DNA of 64,000 nucleotides, taken from NCBI GenBank assembly GCA_902496015.1, contig CABUZJ010000002.1:3307-67306 (forward strand), given 5' to 3'. Made by a program: the position numbers and the translations under genes. Positions 1 through 8,803 of this stretch are shown here, piece by piece. This DNA comes from an uncultured Eubacteriales bacterium (lineage in GTDB: Bacteria > Bacillota > Clostridia > Christensenellales > UBA1242). Position 1 is the first letter of the stretch. Each line of letters starts with the position of its first letter. Below the pieces are notes generated by a model. It saw nothing but the letters and a program-made list of their open reading frames with translations. It searched no databases and was not told where the DNA came from.

Positions 1-1
1 T

Positions 2-271
2 GAACCACATAATTTTGCAGTTACTAGCACATTAACTATAAAATATAGAAAACCCGTGCCTTATGGGGCAAAAATAAAATGTATTGGAAAAATTATTTCA
101 AATAACACCCGTGGATTTACGGGGGAAGCAAATATTATTGACGAAAGTGGGGCAGTTCTTGCTAGTGGAACAGCAACTTATGTTAGGGTGCCACTTGACA
201 AAGTTAATAATAAAAATAGTGAAGAATTTTTAGTTGATGGAAATGATCCATTAAATGATATTGATATTTAG
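2..271 (+). CDS. hotdog-fold thioesterase (PaaI/4HBT-like), 3' part; 5' end outside window
   Basis: Frame is open from nt 2 (EPHNFAVTSTLTIKYRKPVPYG...), so the listed Met at 56 is internal. C-terminal GEANIIDESGAVLASGTATYVRVP resembles the terminal strands of PaaI-type thioesterases. Confidence 0.45.
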   Translation, partial: EPHNFAVTSTLTIKYRKPVPYGAKIKCIGKIISNNTRGFTGEANIIDESGAVLASGTATYVRVPLDKVNNKNSEEFLVDGNDPLNDIDI

Positions 272-358
272 CAATTCATATTAAAATATTATAAACATTA
301 AAATATCAATTTTTTATTGCATGAATTTATTTTATTTGCATTATTTATTTAAATAAGT

Positions 359-387
359 TTGACACTATTTTCACTTTATGGCATAAT
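359..387 (+). promoter_or_regulatory. sigma-70-type promoter for the 407..937 gene
   Basis: TTGACA (359-364), 17-nt spacer, TGgCATAAT (TG 379-380, hexamer 382-387). SD AAGGAGG follows. Confidence 0.55.
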
Positions 388-406
388 TTGATTAAGGAGG
401 AAGTTT

Positions 407-937
407 ATGAAAACAAAAAATATTATTTTTGGTGCACTTTCTGGCTTATTTTCACTTTTAATCATTGTGCCTCTTTGCATAACTAACTGGGTTTATTACA
501 GAAATGATGTAGTTGCAGAAGATGGAGCTGGAATGTTTGCTGATTGGTCTGCTATGGCTAAAATTTGGGAAGCTGCAGATAAAAGTTATTTAACATTTTT
601 TCTTGTTTTAATTCAAATTTTTGCAATAGCGGCTCTTGTTGCAGGTGTTGTATATTTACTATTATACATTTTAGACATGGCAAAAGTTACTAAACCAGAA
701 AAAACTAGCGCACTTAAAAAATTCTTGTCTTGGATAATGATAATTAGTGGAATTATTGTTTTAATTTCAGGATTAGTATTTATGTTCGGCACAATTAGTG
801 AAAGCTCTATTTTAGGAGTTACTATTAAAGCAGGATATAAAGGCGCTGCTGGTTTCTATCTTGCTTTCATATTCCCAATTCTTGCTGGTGTTGCTGGAAT
901 TTTGGGTGCAGGAAAAGCGAAAAAAAGTAAAAAATAA
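407..937 (+). CDS. integral membrane protein, unknown family
   Basis: AAGGAGG SD 7 nt upstream of ATG. Several long hydrophobic segments and a Lys-rich C-terminus. No family recognised. Confidence 0.6.
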   Translation: MKTKNIIFGALSGLFSLLIIVPLCITNWVYYRNDVVAEDGAGMFADWSAMAKIWEAADKSYLTFFLVLIQIFAIAALVAGVVYLLLYILDMAKVTKPEKTSALKKFLSWIMIISGIIVLISGLVFMFGTISESSILGVTIKAGYKGAAGFYLAFIFPILAGVAGILGAGKAKKSKK

Positions 938-954
938 GTAAATAATAAAAAAAT

Positions 955-984
955 AAAACCCTTAATTAAGGGTTTTATTTTTTT
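955..984. terminator. bidirectional intrinsic terminator
   Basis: Stem AAAACCC (955-961) / GGGTTTT (970-976), loop TTAATTAA, then a T-run. An A-run lies on the other side. It sits between convergent genes. Confidence 0.6.
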
Positions 985-1819
985 GTTGGTCTAGATAAAG
1001 AATACCAACTGCCGTGTCGCCACAATGAGTGCAAATTGTTGAATTAGCACGCGCAGTATATATTGTTTTAAAGCCTCGTTCTTTCAGCCTTTTCTTTGCA
1101 ATGTTAATTAATTCTTCGTTATATTTTGTGTAAGATACAAATGCGTAAGAAAGGTCAGGATTTGGGTGGTCTTTAAAAACATCACTTATATAATTTTCAA
1201 AACATTTTACCATTGTGCCCCTGTATTTATGGTTACTTGTGGCCTTTCCATCTTTCATTATTATTTGTGGCTTTATTTTTAACAAATTAGCCCCTAACAT
1301 TTGTAATATTGAACATCTGCCACCTTTATATAAATAATAAAGATTTTCTAATATAAAACTAAGTTGGACTGTATGCTTTCTTGCTTCAACAAGATTTACA
1401 ATTTCTTTAATATCAAGCCCTTTATCTGCAAGTTCGCGAGCATATATTGCAAGCAATGCTATGCCGGTGCATAGTGTTTGTGTGTCAATTACATAAACAT
1501 TATCAAAATATTTGCTGGCGGCAATTGCATTTTCACATGCACAACTAACACCGCTTGAAGATGCAAGATGTAATACTGCATCATAAGAAGGGGCAAGGCT
1601 TTCAAATAGTTCTTTAAATTGAAATTCATTAACAGCACTTGTTTTTGGCAAAGTTTTAGTTTTAGCATAATATTCAAATAGTTCGTCTTGATTAAAAGTT
1701 CCATCTAGTTTAGTTTTGTCGCCGAAACAAATGGTGAATGGTACTGTTTTTATATTATATTTATCTAATAATTCTTGTGGAATGTCTATAGTTGATTCTG
1801 ATGTTATTGCTATGTTCAT
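962..1819 (-). CDS. DegV family fatty-acid-binding protein
   Basis: DegV hallmarks: N-terminal IAITSESTIDIP, PKTSAVN, YLYKGGRCS. SD AAAGGAGAG is present. Confidence 0.85.
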   Translation of the reverse strand: MNIAITSESTIDIPQELLDKYNIKTVPFTICFGDKTKLDGTFNQDELFEYYAKTKTLPKTSAVNEFQFKELFESLAPSYDAVLHLASSSGVSCACENAIAASKYFDNVYVIDTQTLCTGIALLAIYARELADKGLDIKEIVNLVEARKHTVQLSFILENLYYLYKGGRCSILQMLGANLLKIKPQIIMKDGKATSNHKYRGTMVKCFENYISDVFKDHPNPDLSYAFVSYTKYNEELINIAKKRLKERGFKTIYTARANSTICTHCGDTAVGILYLDQQKNKTLN

Positions 1820-1838
1820 TTTTCTCTCCTTTTATATT

Positions 1839-2675
1839 TTATTCACTTATAAATAGAATTCCCATAGTAAGTGGACCGCAATGACTAGTTATTGTTCCAC
1901 CTGCAATGGTTTGATGAATATTAATAAATCCTGCGTTTTTAAGGGCATTTGTTGCGGTTTCTATCATGTTTGGTGTTGCTGTGGTGTAGGTTACAAATGC
2001 ATGTGACTTATCAACGTGTGGATAGGCTGATAATGTGTCCGAACAATATTTTGCTATAACTTTATCTAATTTCCCCACATATTTTTTACCAACACGCATT
2101 TTTCCATTTTCCACAATTATTTGTGGCTTTAATGACAGCAAGTTTGCACCAAATTTAGCAAGAGAACTGCATCTTCCACCTTTATATAAATAATCTAATT
2201 TGTCTAGAATGAAACTTGCTTGAACTTTGCTTATAATATTATTTATAACATATAATATATCGCCTAATGCAAGCCCACTGCTTGCAAGTTCACTTGCCTT
2301 TATTGCTAATAGTGCTATACCTGTTGAAAGTGATCTGCTATCAATTACAAACACATTATTCATTTCACTTGCAACATCTTTTGCATTACTATAAGCACTA
2401 CTCATTTCGCTAGATAAACTAAAATGAATAATTGCATCTGCATCTTGAAGTAATGAAGAAAAATGTTTTTTATACTGAAACTTATTAACTGCACTTGTTT
2501 TTGGAAGAATGTTATTATTTTTCACAAATTCAAAAATAGTGTTATTATCTATTTCTCCATCTAACTTTTCTTCATTACCTAAAATGATAGTAAATGGAAC
2601 AGTTTTAATGTTAAACTTATCTAAAAGTTCTTTTGGCATATCTATTGTAGTTTCTGCTGATATTGCTATTTTCAT
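1839..2675 (-). CDS. DegV family fatty-acid-binding protein (tandem paralog)
   Basis: IAISAETTIDMP, PKTSAVN, YLYKGGRCS. SD AAAGGAGAG is present. It lies 19 nt upstream of the other DegV gene. Confidence 0.85.
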   Translation of the reverse strand: MKIAISAETTIDMPKELLDKFNIKTVPFTIILGNEEKLDGEIDNNTIFEFVKNNNILPKTSAVNKFQYKKHFSSLLQDADAIIHFSLSSEMSSAYSNAKDVASEMNNVFVIDSRSLSTGIALLAIKASELASSGLALGDILYVINNIISKVQASFILDKLDYLYKGGRCSSLAKFGANLLSLKPQIIVENGKMRVGKKYVGKLDKVIAKYCSDTLSAYPHVDKSHAFVTYTTATPNMIETATNALKNAGFINIHQTIAGGTITSHCGPLTMGILFISE

Positions 2676-2839
2676 TTAATCTCTCCTTTTTTTGTTTTTC
2701 CATTGCATATTATATAATTATTTTTGGTAAGATACTACTTAATACACCATTTTTTGCCCTACACTTATTTTAATTTTAGTAGAATTATAAAATCGACAAT
2801 TCTCTTATTAGTAGAGTTGTATTTTTTTGCTTATTTTTG

Positions 2840-2868
2840 TTGATTGAATGAAAAAAAATATATATAAT
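2840..2868 (+). promoter_or_regulatory. promoter placing the transcription start at or next to ATG 2875 (candidate leaderless mRNA)
   Basis: TTGATT (2840-2845), 17 nt, TATAAT (2863-2868), then exactly 6 nt (TAAAGC) before ATG 2875. No SD is present. Confidence 0.5.
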
Positions 2869-2874
2869 TAAAGC

Positions 2875-3468
2875 ATGGAAAATTTAGAACAAGTTATTGC
2901 AAATAATATTGCGTTATTTAGAAAAAAAATGGGGCTTACACAAGTGCAACTTGCTGAAATGCTTAATTATTCAGATAAAGCTGTTTCTAAATGGGAAAGA
3001 GCAGAAAGTGTGCCAGATATTTTCATTTTAAAAAAATTAGCAGATATTTTTGGTGTAAAAGTGGATACATTAATTACACCAAATAATAATAAGGTAAAGA
3101 TAAGCAAACATATAAGTATATCTAAAACTTTAACTATCTTACTTGCATGTTTACTTGTTTGGTTAATTGCTACTATTACTTTTGTTGTTCTAACTATTTG
3201 TGATGTAAAAATGGCATGGTTTTCATTCATAGTGGCGGTGCCTGTTTCGCTTTTAGTGGCAATGATATTAAATTCTATTTGGGGAAAAAAGTGGGTAACA
3301 TTTTTGTTGATTTCTTGTTTAATTTGGACGGCTTTTGCCACAATTTATATTGGTGTTTTAAGAATTGAATTATGGCTTATATTTTTAATTGGAATACCGC
3401 TTCAAATCGCAACAATTATTTGGTATTTTTTAGATAAATATTATGAAAAAAAGAAAAAATTGAAATAA
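2875..3468 (+). CDS. XRE-family HTH regulator fused to a multi-pass membrane domain
   Basis: N-terminal HTH_3-like LFRKKMGLTQVQLAEMLNYSDKAVSKWERAESVPD. About 4 hydrophobic helices follow. Confidence 0.75.
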   Translation: MENLEQVIANNIALFRKKMGLTQVQLAEMLNYSDKAVSKWERAESVPDIFILKKLADIFGVKVDTLITPNNNKVKISKHISISKTLTILLACLLVWLIATITFVVLTICDVKMAWFSFIVAVPVSLLVAMILNSIWGKKWVTFLLISCLIWTAFATIYIGVLRIELWLIFLIGIPLQIATIIWYFLDKYYEKKKKLK

Positions 3469-3499
3469 AAAAATCACGGACAAAACCGTGATTTTTTTA
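3466..3499. terminator. bidirectional intrinsic terminator
   Basis: ATCACGG (3473-3479) / CCGTGAT (3486-3492), flanked by an A-run and a T-run. It sits between convergent genes. Confidence 0.7.
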
Positions 3500-3504
3500 T
3501 TGGT

Positions 3505-3777
3505 TTAGTTTAAACCATCTTTAAATGCTTTGCCGAACTTGAAAGTTGGAACTTTGCAAGCAGCAACTTTAACTTTTGCACCTGTCATTGGGTTTGTGCA
3601 AGTTCTTGCAGGTTTCTTTTTTGCTTCGTATGTGCCGAAGCCAACCAATGCAATTTTGTCATTTTTTGCTAATGCACCATTAACTGTTTTAACATATGCA
3701 TCGTAAAATGCAGTTGTGTCTTTAAGTGTTGCACCAGTTTCAGCAGCAATAGCTCTTAAAAATTCGCCTTTATTCAT
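3505..3777 (-). CDS. hup: DNA-binding protein HU
   Basis: 90 aa. MNKGEF..., GFGTYEAKKKPARTCTNPMTGAKVKV arm region, KAFKD C-terminus. SD TAAGGAGG is present. Confidence 0.9.
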   Translation of the reverse strand: MNKGEFLRAIAAETGATLKDTTAFYDAYVKTVNGALAKNDKIALVGFGTYEAKKKPARTCTNPMTGAKVKVAACKVPTFKFGKAFKDGLN

Positions 3778-4009
3778 TATAATGCGACCTCCTTATATGA
3801 CAAGTAAAACTTGTCTTATTAGTTAAATTCTAACAAAATTCTAAAATTTAATCAAATAAATTACAATGGTTTATTAAAAAATCTTGATTTTCATTAGAAA
3901 AAATCTAGTGTAAATCGATTTTAAAACAGAATTTTAATTTAAAAAGTAACTTTGTAAATAAAATTTTAATAAAATGTAGTAAAAATTGTGAAAAAGGAGG
4001 GGTTGTTTT

Positions 4010-4657
4010 ATTAAAAAAATAAACAAAAAATATAGAAATATAATTCATAACCCAAAGTCAGTTACAATTGATAAAAGTGTTACACTTGGTAATAATGTTG
4101 AAATTTATGGTAATGTGTGTTTGCTTGGAAATACCACAATTGGCGACAACACAAAAATATATTCAGGAAGCGTAATTATTGATAGTGTTGTGCATAGTGG
4201 AAGCATTATCAAAAGTAGTTATTTAGAAAAAACGGTAGTAGGAACTAACTGTACTGTCGGTCCTTTTGCTAATTTAAGAGCAGGAAGTGTTCTTTGTTCG
4301 CAAGTTAAGGTGGGTGCGTTTTGTGAGATAAAGAACTCTGTTATAGGCTCATTAACTAAAATTAGTCATTTGTGTTATATTGGAGATGCTTCCATTTCAA
4401 GAGAATGTAATTTTGGTTGTGGTGTTGTTTTTGCAAATTTTAATGGAAAAACCAAGCAAAAAATAAAAGTTGGGAAAGGGTGTTTTATTGGTTGTAATGT
4501 CAATTTAATTGCACCATTAATTATTGAAGACGGGGTTTATGTTTGTGCTGGAACAACGGTTACAAAAAATTTAGAAGCAAATGATTTTGTTATTGGCAGA
4601 GCAAGAGAAGAAATTAAAAAAAATCGTGCAATTAAATATTTAAAAGGAGCAAAATAA
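4010..4657 (+). CDS. glucosamine-1-phosphate N-acetyltransferase-like protein (GlmU C-terminal left-handed beta-helix half only); probable AUU start
   Basis: GPFANLRAGS..., ISHLCYIGDA, FANFNGKTKQKIKVG and GAGTTVTKN match the GlmU acetyltransferase domain. The hexapeptide-repeat frame is open from 3992. A perfect AAGGAGG (3994-4000) lies 9 nt before ATT 4010. The first canonical start (GTG 4115) has no SD and would cut into the repeats. Confidence 0.65.
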   Translation: MKKINKKYRNIIHNPKSVTIDKSVTLGNNVEIYGNVCLLGNTTIGDNTKIYSGSVIIDSVVHSGSIIKSSYLEKTVVGTNCTVGPFANLRAGSVLCSQVKVGAFCEIKNSVIGSLTKISHLCYIGDASISRECNFGCGVVFANFNGKTKQKIKVGKGCFIGCNVNLIAPLIIEDGVYVCAGTTVTKNLEANDFVIGRAREEIKKNRAIKYLKGAK

Positions 4658-5961
4658 TGGCTATTTATTTTGGCACAGATGGAATTAGAGGAATAGTTAA
4701 TTTAGATTTAACGGCAGACCTTGCTATAAAATGTGGAAATAGTCTTACACAGGAAAAACAAGCGCCTAAGGTTCTAATTGGCTGGGATACACGAGTGTCT
4801 TGCACTTATCTTGCCAATTCTTTTGCATGTGGCGTTATGGCTGGTGGGGGAAGTGTTAGTTATGTTGGAATTATTCCTACGGCTGGAATTGCATACTTAA
4901 CAAAAACCTTAAAATATGACTATGGTGTGATGATTAGCGCAAGCCATAATCCAAAGGAATATAACGGAATAAAGATTTTTGATGCTTGTGGCTTTAAATT
5001 GGGCGATTTAAGAGAAATGCAATTAGAAAGACATTTTTGCCGAACAAACATTGTAAATAGTTGTGATGTGGGTTCGGCTAACTGGCAAGAAAACTTTAAA
5101 AAATATTATCAAAAATATCTTTTCTCGTTGTGTGATAATTTTAAAGATTTAAAAATTGTTATAGATGGTAGCAATGGTGCTAGTTTTAAAATTGCACCTA
5201 ATGTGTTTAGATTAGCAGGGGCACAAGTATTTGCAATAAATTGTCATAATGATGGATTAAAGATTAATGATAATTGTGGGTCGTTGCATATTGAAAAACT
5301 ACAAAAATCTGTTAAAAAATTTAAGGCAGATATTGGTTTTGCTTTTGATGGTGATGCAGATAGAATTATTGCAGTTGATAAAACAGGTAAAGTTATAGAT
5401 GGTGATATGATTTTGTTTTTACTAGCTTGGTATTTTAAGTTAAAAGGTGAAAAATTAGATAAAATAGTGGGAACTAGTCATACAAATTTAGGCATTGAAA
5501 AATCTTTAAATGAAATGGGGATTGAACTTTTAAGGGCAGATATTGGCGATAAATATGTGCTTGCACTAATGCAAGAAAAAAATGTGCAATTAGGTGGTGA
5601 ACAGTCTGGGCATATAATAATTGGCAATCTAGCTACAACGGGCGATGGCATTATTGCGTCTATTATGCTTTGTAATTTATTAGTTAGGCAAAAAGAGAAA
5701 TTTTATAATTTGTTAAATATTTATCTTTATGAACAGGTAAATATAAATGTAAAAGTTGCGGATAAACTTAAAGTTTTAAATAGTGAAGAACTTAATAAAT
5801 TGGTTGGAGAAATAAGGCGGAATATTTACCCGTTTGGCAGGGTGTTTGTAAGGGCAAGTGGAACAGAGCCTGTTATAAGAATAATGGTGGAGCATAAAGA
5901 AAAAGAAATAGCGCTTGAAATGGCGAACAAAATAAAAATTGCAGTTGAAAATTTAATTTAA
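4657..5961 (+). CDS. glmM: phosphoglucosamine mutase
   Basis: GTDGIRG, SASHNPKEYNGIK (active-site Ser), FDGDADR, GGEQSGH. Its start overlaps the upstream stop (TAATG). Confidence 0.9.
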   Translation: MAIYFGTDGIRGIVNLDLTADLAIKCGNSLTQEKQAPKVLIGWDTRVSCTYLANSFACGVMAGGGSVSYVGIIPTAGIAYLTKTLKYDYGVMISASHNPKEYNGIKIFDACGFKLGDLREMQLERHFCRTNIVNSCDVGSANWQENFKKYYQKYLFSLCDNFKDLKIVIDGSNGASFKIAPNVFRLAGAQVFAINCHNDGLKINDNCGSLHIEKLQKSVKKFKADIGFAFDGDADRIIAVDKTGKVIDGDMILFLLAWYFKLKGEKLDKIVGTSHTNLGIEKSLNEMGIELLRADIGDKYVLALMQEKNVQLGGEQSGHIIIGNLATTGDGIIASIMLCNLLVRQKEKFYNLLNIYLYEQVNINVKVADKLKVLNSEELNKLVGEIRRNIYPFGRVFVRASGTEPVIRIMVEHKEKEIALEMANKIKIAVENLI

Positions 5962-5970
5962 GGAGAGTTT

Positions 5971-6363
5971 ATGAAATTTAATAAAAAATGGTTATCTATG
6001 AAAACAGAAATAGAGATTAGGGAGTTTGCAAAAGATTATGTATTTACAAAAATCGGCAAACCAAATGTTTATTATTATGATAGTCAGCCAATTAATGAAT
6101 TTGCAAATGCTGTTTATTTAAGATATTTAGAAGATGAAAAATTTGGTGATGAAATTATAGATAGCATTATTAAATTAAAACAAAATTATAGTTCACACAT
6201 TTTTAAATATGGATTTACCGAAGGGTTTGAAAATAATGGCTATTATTACACAACTAAAAGCGTATATAACTTTCGACGAAGTTTTAAAGCTAGCTGTTCC
6301 CAAAAACTAGAAAATGAGTTAGATAATATTTATAAAAATTTGAATTATGAATTAGAAAAATAA
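5971..6363 (+). CDS. hypothetical protein (130 aa)
   Basis: AAGGAGAG SD, 9 nt after glmM. No recognisable motif. Confidence 0.5.
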   Translation: MKFNKKWLSMKTEIEIREFAKDYVFTKIGKPNVYYYDSQPINEFANAVYLRYLEDEKFGDEIIDSIIKLKQNYSSHIFKYGFTEGFENNGYYYTTKSVYNFRRSFKASCSQKLENELDNIYKNLNYELEK

Positions 6364-6424
6364 AATGATTTATAAAATTTAACTTTTTTAAATAAAATAA
6401 CTTTAATTTTAAAAATTTACAAAA

Positions 6425-6460
6425 AAGATTTTATCTTTATCTAGATAAAATCTTTTTTAT
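6425..6460. terminator. bidirectional intrinsic terminator
   Basis: 12-bp stem AAGATTTTATCT (6425-6436) / AGATAAAATCTT (6443-6454), followed by a T-run. Confidence 0.65.
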
Positions 6461-8298
6461 TTAACATATAAAATTAAAATTGTTATATCTGCTGGATTAA
6501 CTCCGCTAATTCGAGAAGCTTGACCAATGGTTTTTGGCCTTATCTCATTTAGTTTCTGTTGTGCTTCAATTCTTAAACCTTTTAATTTTAAATAGTCAAT
6601 ATCTTCTGGGATTAACTTTTCCTCTAATTTTTTATTTCGTTCTATTAATTGTTTTTCTCTAGTTAAATAACCTGCATATTTAACATTAATTCCAACTTGT
6701 TCTAGCACATTTTTTCCAAAACCTTTAAATAAGCCTAGTTCTTTTTTTATCATAAATATATTTAAATTGCTTCTTTTAATTAAGTTTTCAATAGAAATTC
6801 CACTTTTTACGGGGCTTTCATTATGCCTAATTAAAAAATCATTTAAGTTTTTAGTAGGTGGAAGCACAGTTTTTAATTGTTTTGTTAATTTTTCAATAGC
6901 TTTAACTTTTCGTTTAAATTTTTTATATCTTTCATCGCTAACTAATCCAACTTTTCTTCCAATTTCAGTTAATCTTAAATCTGCGTTATCTTGCCTTAAA
7001 AGAAGCCTGTATTCTGCTCGGCTTGTCATCATTCTATATGGTTCGTTTGTACCTTTTGTTGTAAGGTCGTCTACTAAAACACCAATATATGAATTATCTC
7101 TTGTTAAGATTAATTGTTCTTTATTGTTGTTATAAAGATTTGCATTAATTCCAGCTAATATTCCTTGTGCTGCTGCTTCCTCATAACCACTTGTGCCGTT
7201 TATTTGCCCTGCACAATAAAGACCTTTAATTTTCTTATACTCTAATGTTGGATTTAAATTTAATGGATTAATGCAATCATATTCTATTGCATAACCCCAT
7301 TTTGTAATATTTGTGTTTTCAAGCCCATTAATGCTTGCAACCATTTGTTTTTGAATGGAAGATGGCATGCTTGTGCTCATTCCTTGAAGATAAATTTCAT
7401 CTGTTTCAAGGGTTTCGGGTTCTAAAAATAATTGGTGTCTTTCGTGGTTGGCAAAACGAACAATTTTAGTTTCAATAGAAGGGCAGTATCTTGGACCAAT
7501 TCCATCAATTACACCATTATACATTGGAGCTTTGTCTAGATTGTTTAAAATTATTTCTTTTGTTTTGGCATTAGTGTAACCAAGATAACAAGCACAAATA
7601 TTTTTAGGAGTTTTTTTGGTTAGAAAAGAAAATGATTGAATATTCTTATCTCCCTTTTGAATTTCAAAAGCATTATAATTTATTGTTTTCCCATCTAGCC
7701 TTGGTGGAGTTCCTGTTTTAAAGCGTCTAACTTCAAAACCTAACTCAATTAAGTTCTTAGTTAATTTTGTGGCATTTGCAAAACCTGCTGGACCACTATT
7801 TTTTATATCTTTTCCTGTTATTGTTCTGCTATTTAAATAAACCCCAACACAAACAATAACGCTTTTACAGTTAAATTTTTTGCCACTTATGGTTTTAACT
7901 CCGCAAACTTTTCCGTTTTCAATTAAAATTTCACTTGCTTCATCTTCTATAATGGTAAGATTTTTTTGAGTTTCACAAATAGAAAGCATGTTTCTGTGAT
8001 ATGAATTTTTATCTATTTGTGCCCTTAGGCTATAAACGGCTGGGCCTTTGCCACTATTTAGCATTCTTATTTGCAAGCAGTTATTATCGGCAGAGATGCC
8101 CATTTGACCGCCCAAAGCATCAATTTCGCAAACCAAATGCCCCTTTGCAGTTCCTCCTATGCTAGGGTTGCAAGGCATAAATGATAAAGATTTTTTGGTT
8201 AAGGTTATTAGCAAAGTGTTATTGCCTGTTCTTGCAAGTGCAAGACTTGCCTCAACACCAGCATGTCCTCCACCAATTACTATGCTATCATAATTCAT
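6457..8298 (-). CDS. mnmG: tRNA uridine-5-carboxymethylaminomethyl(34) synthesis enzyme MnmG (GidA)
   Basis: YDSIVIGGGHAGVEA FAD motif, CNPSIGG, GQINGTSGYEEAAAQG. 613 aa. Confidence 0.95.
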   Translation of the reverse strand: MNYDSIVIGGGHAGVEASLALARTGNNTLLITLTKKSLSFMPCNPSIGGTAKGHLVCEIDALGGQMGISADNNCLQIRMLNSGKGPAVYSLRAQIDKNSYHRNMLSICETQKNLTIIEDEASEILIENGKVCGVKTISGKKFNCKSVIVCVGVYLNSRTITGKDIKNSGPAGFANATKLTKNLIELGFEVRRFKTGTPPRLDGKTINYNAFEIQKGDKNIQSFSFLTKKTPKNICACYLGYTNAKTKEIILNNLDKAPMYNGVIDGIGPRYCPSIETKIVRFANHERHQLFLEPETLETDEIYLQGMSTSMPSSIQKQMVASINGLENTNITKWGYAIEYDCINPLNLNPTLEYKKIKGLYCAGQINGTSGYEEAAAQGILAGINANLYNNNKEQLILTRDNSYIGVLVDDLTTKGTNEPYRMMTSRAEYRLLLRQDNADLRLTEIGRKVGLVSDERYKKFKRKVKAIEKLTKQLKTVLPPTKNLNDFLIRHNESPVKSGISIENLIKRSNLNIFMIKKELGLFKGFGKNVLEQVGINVKYAGYLTREKQLIERNKKLEEKLIPEDIDYLKLKGLRIEAQQKLNEIRPKTIGQASRISGVNPADITILILYVK

Positions 8299-8800
8299 TT
8301 CTTTTTTCCTTTAAATTAAATTCGTATTTTTTTATTTTTAAATTAGTTTCAAGTTCAATAAATTGCATTTTATTTAACATATTAATGCAAGGAATATTAT
8401 CTTCATTTACAAGGTAAACTATTTTACTAATTTCACATTTAAAATAACTATTCGCATTTTCAGTTAAATCTTTAATTATTGCTGATCCTATTCCACGATG
8501 AATTAAATTTGGGTTTACTAACAAGTGATGAACAAATAATTCATTACTATTTTCATAACTAAGCAATTCAATAATGGCAAAGCCTAATATTTCATAACTA
8601 TTATCATTAAAATATGCAACGCGTTTAAGCCTATAATCTTGTGGGTAGCAATCAATTAATTCAGTAGGATTATTAAATAAATTTAATAGTCCAAAATTAA
8701 TGAAATTAAAATGATTTTGATTTTCTTTATTTAAGTTATTAGTCGACCAACTTTTAAGTTCAACCATTTCGTTATTAGTTATTTCTTTTTTTGTTAACAT
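8288..8800 (-). CDS. GNAT-family N-acetyltransferase
   Basis: LVNPNLIHRGIGSAIIKDL is a Q/RxxGxG/A acetyl-CoA motif. The gene is wedged between mnmE (3-nt gap) and mnmG (11-nt overlap). Confidence 0.65.
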   Translation of the reverse strand: MLTKKEITNNEMVELKSWSTNNLNKENQNHFNFINFGLLNLFNNPTELIDCYPQDYRLKRVAYFNDNSYEILGFAIIELLSYENSNELFVHHLLVNPNLIHRGIGSAIIKDLTENANSYFKCEISKIVYLVNEDNIPCINMLNKMQFIELETNLKIKKYEFNLKEKRNEL

Positions 8801-8803
8801 TTT

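Noticed and set aside
6767-7135. 122-aa plus-strand ORF inside mnmG. Similar antisense ORFs occur at 2967-3341, 8859-9608, 9975-10169, 11594-12085, 16633-17588, 37087-37434, 57539-58212 and 61288-61815.
   Set aside because: All lie antisense to, or out of frame within, well-supported conserved genes. They lack SDs and give low-complexity Leu/Ser/Phe/Ile-rich translations typical of the antisense frame of A+T-rich genes.
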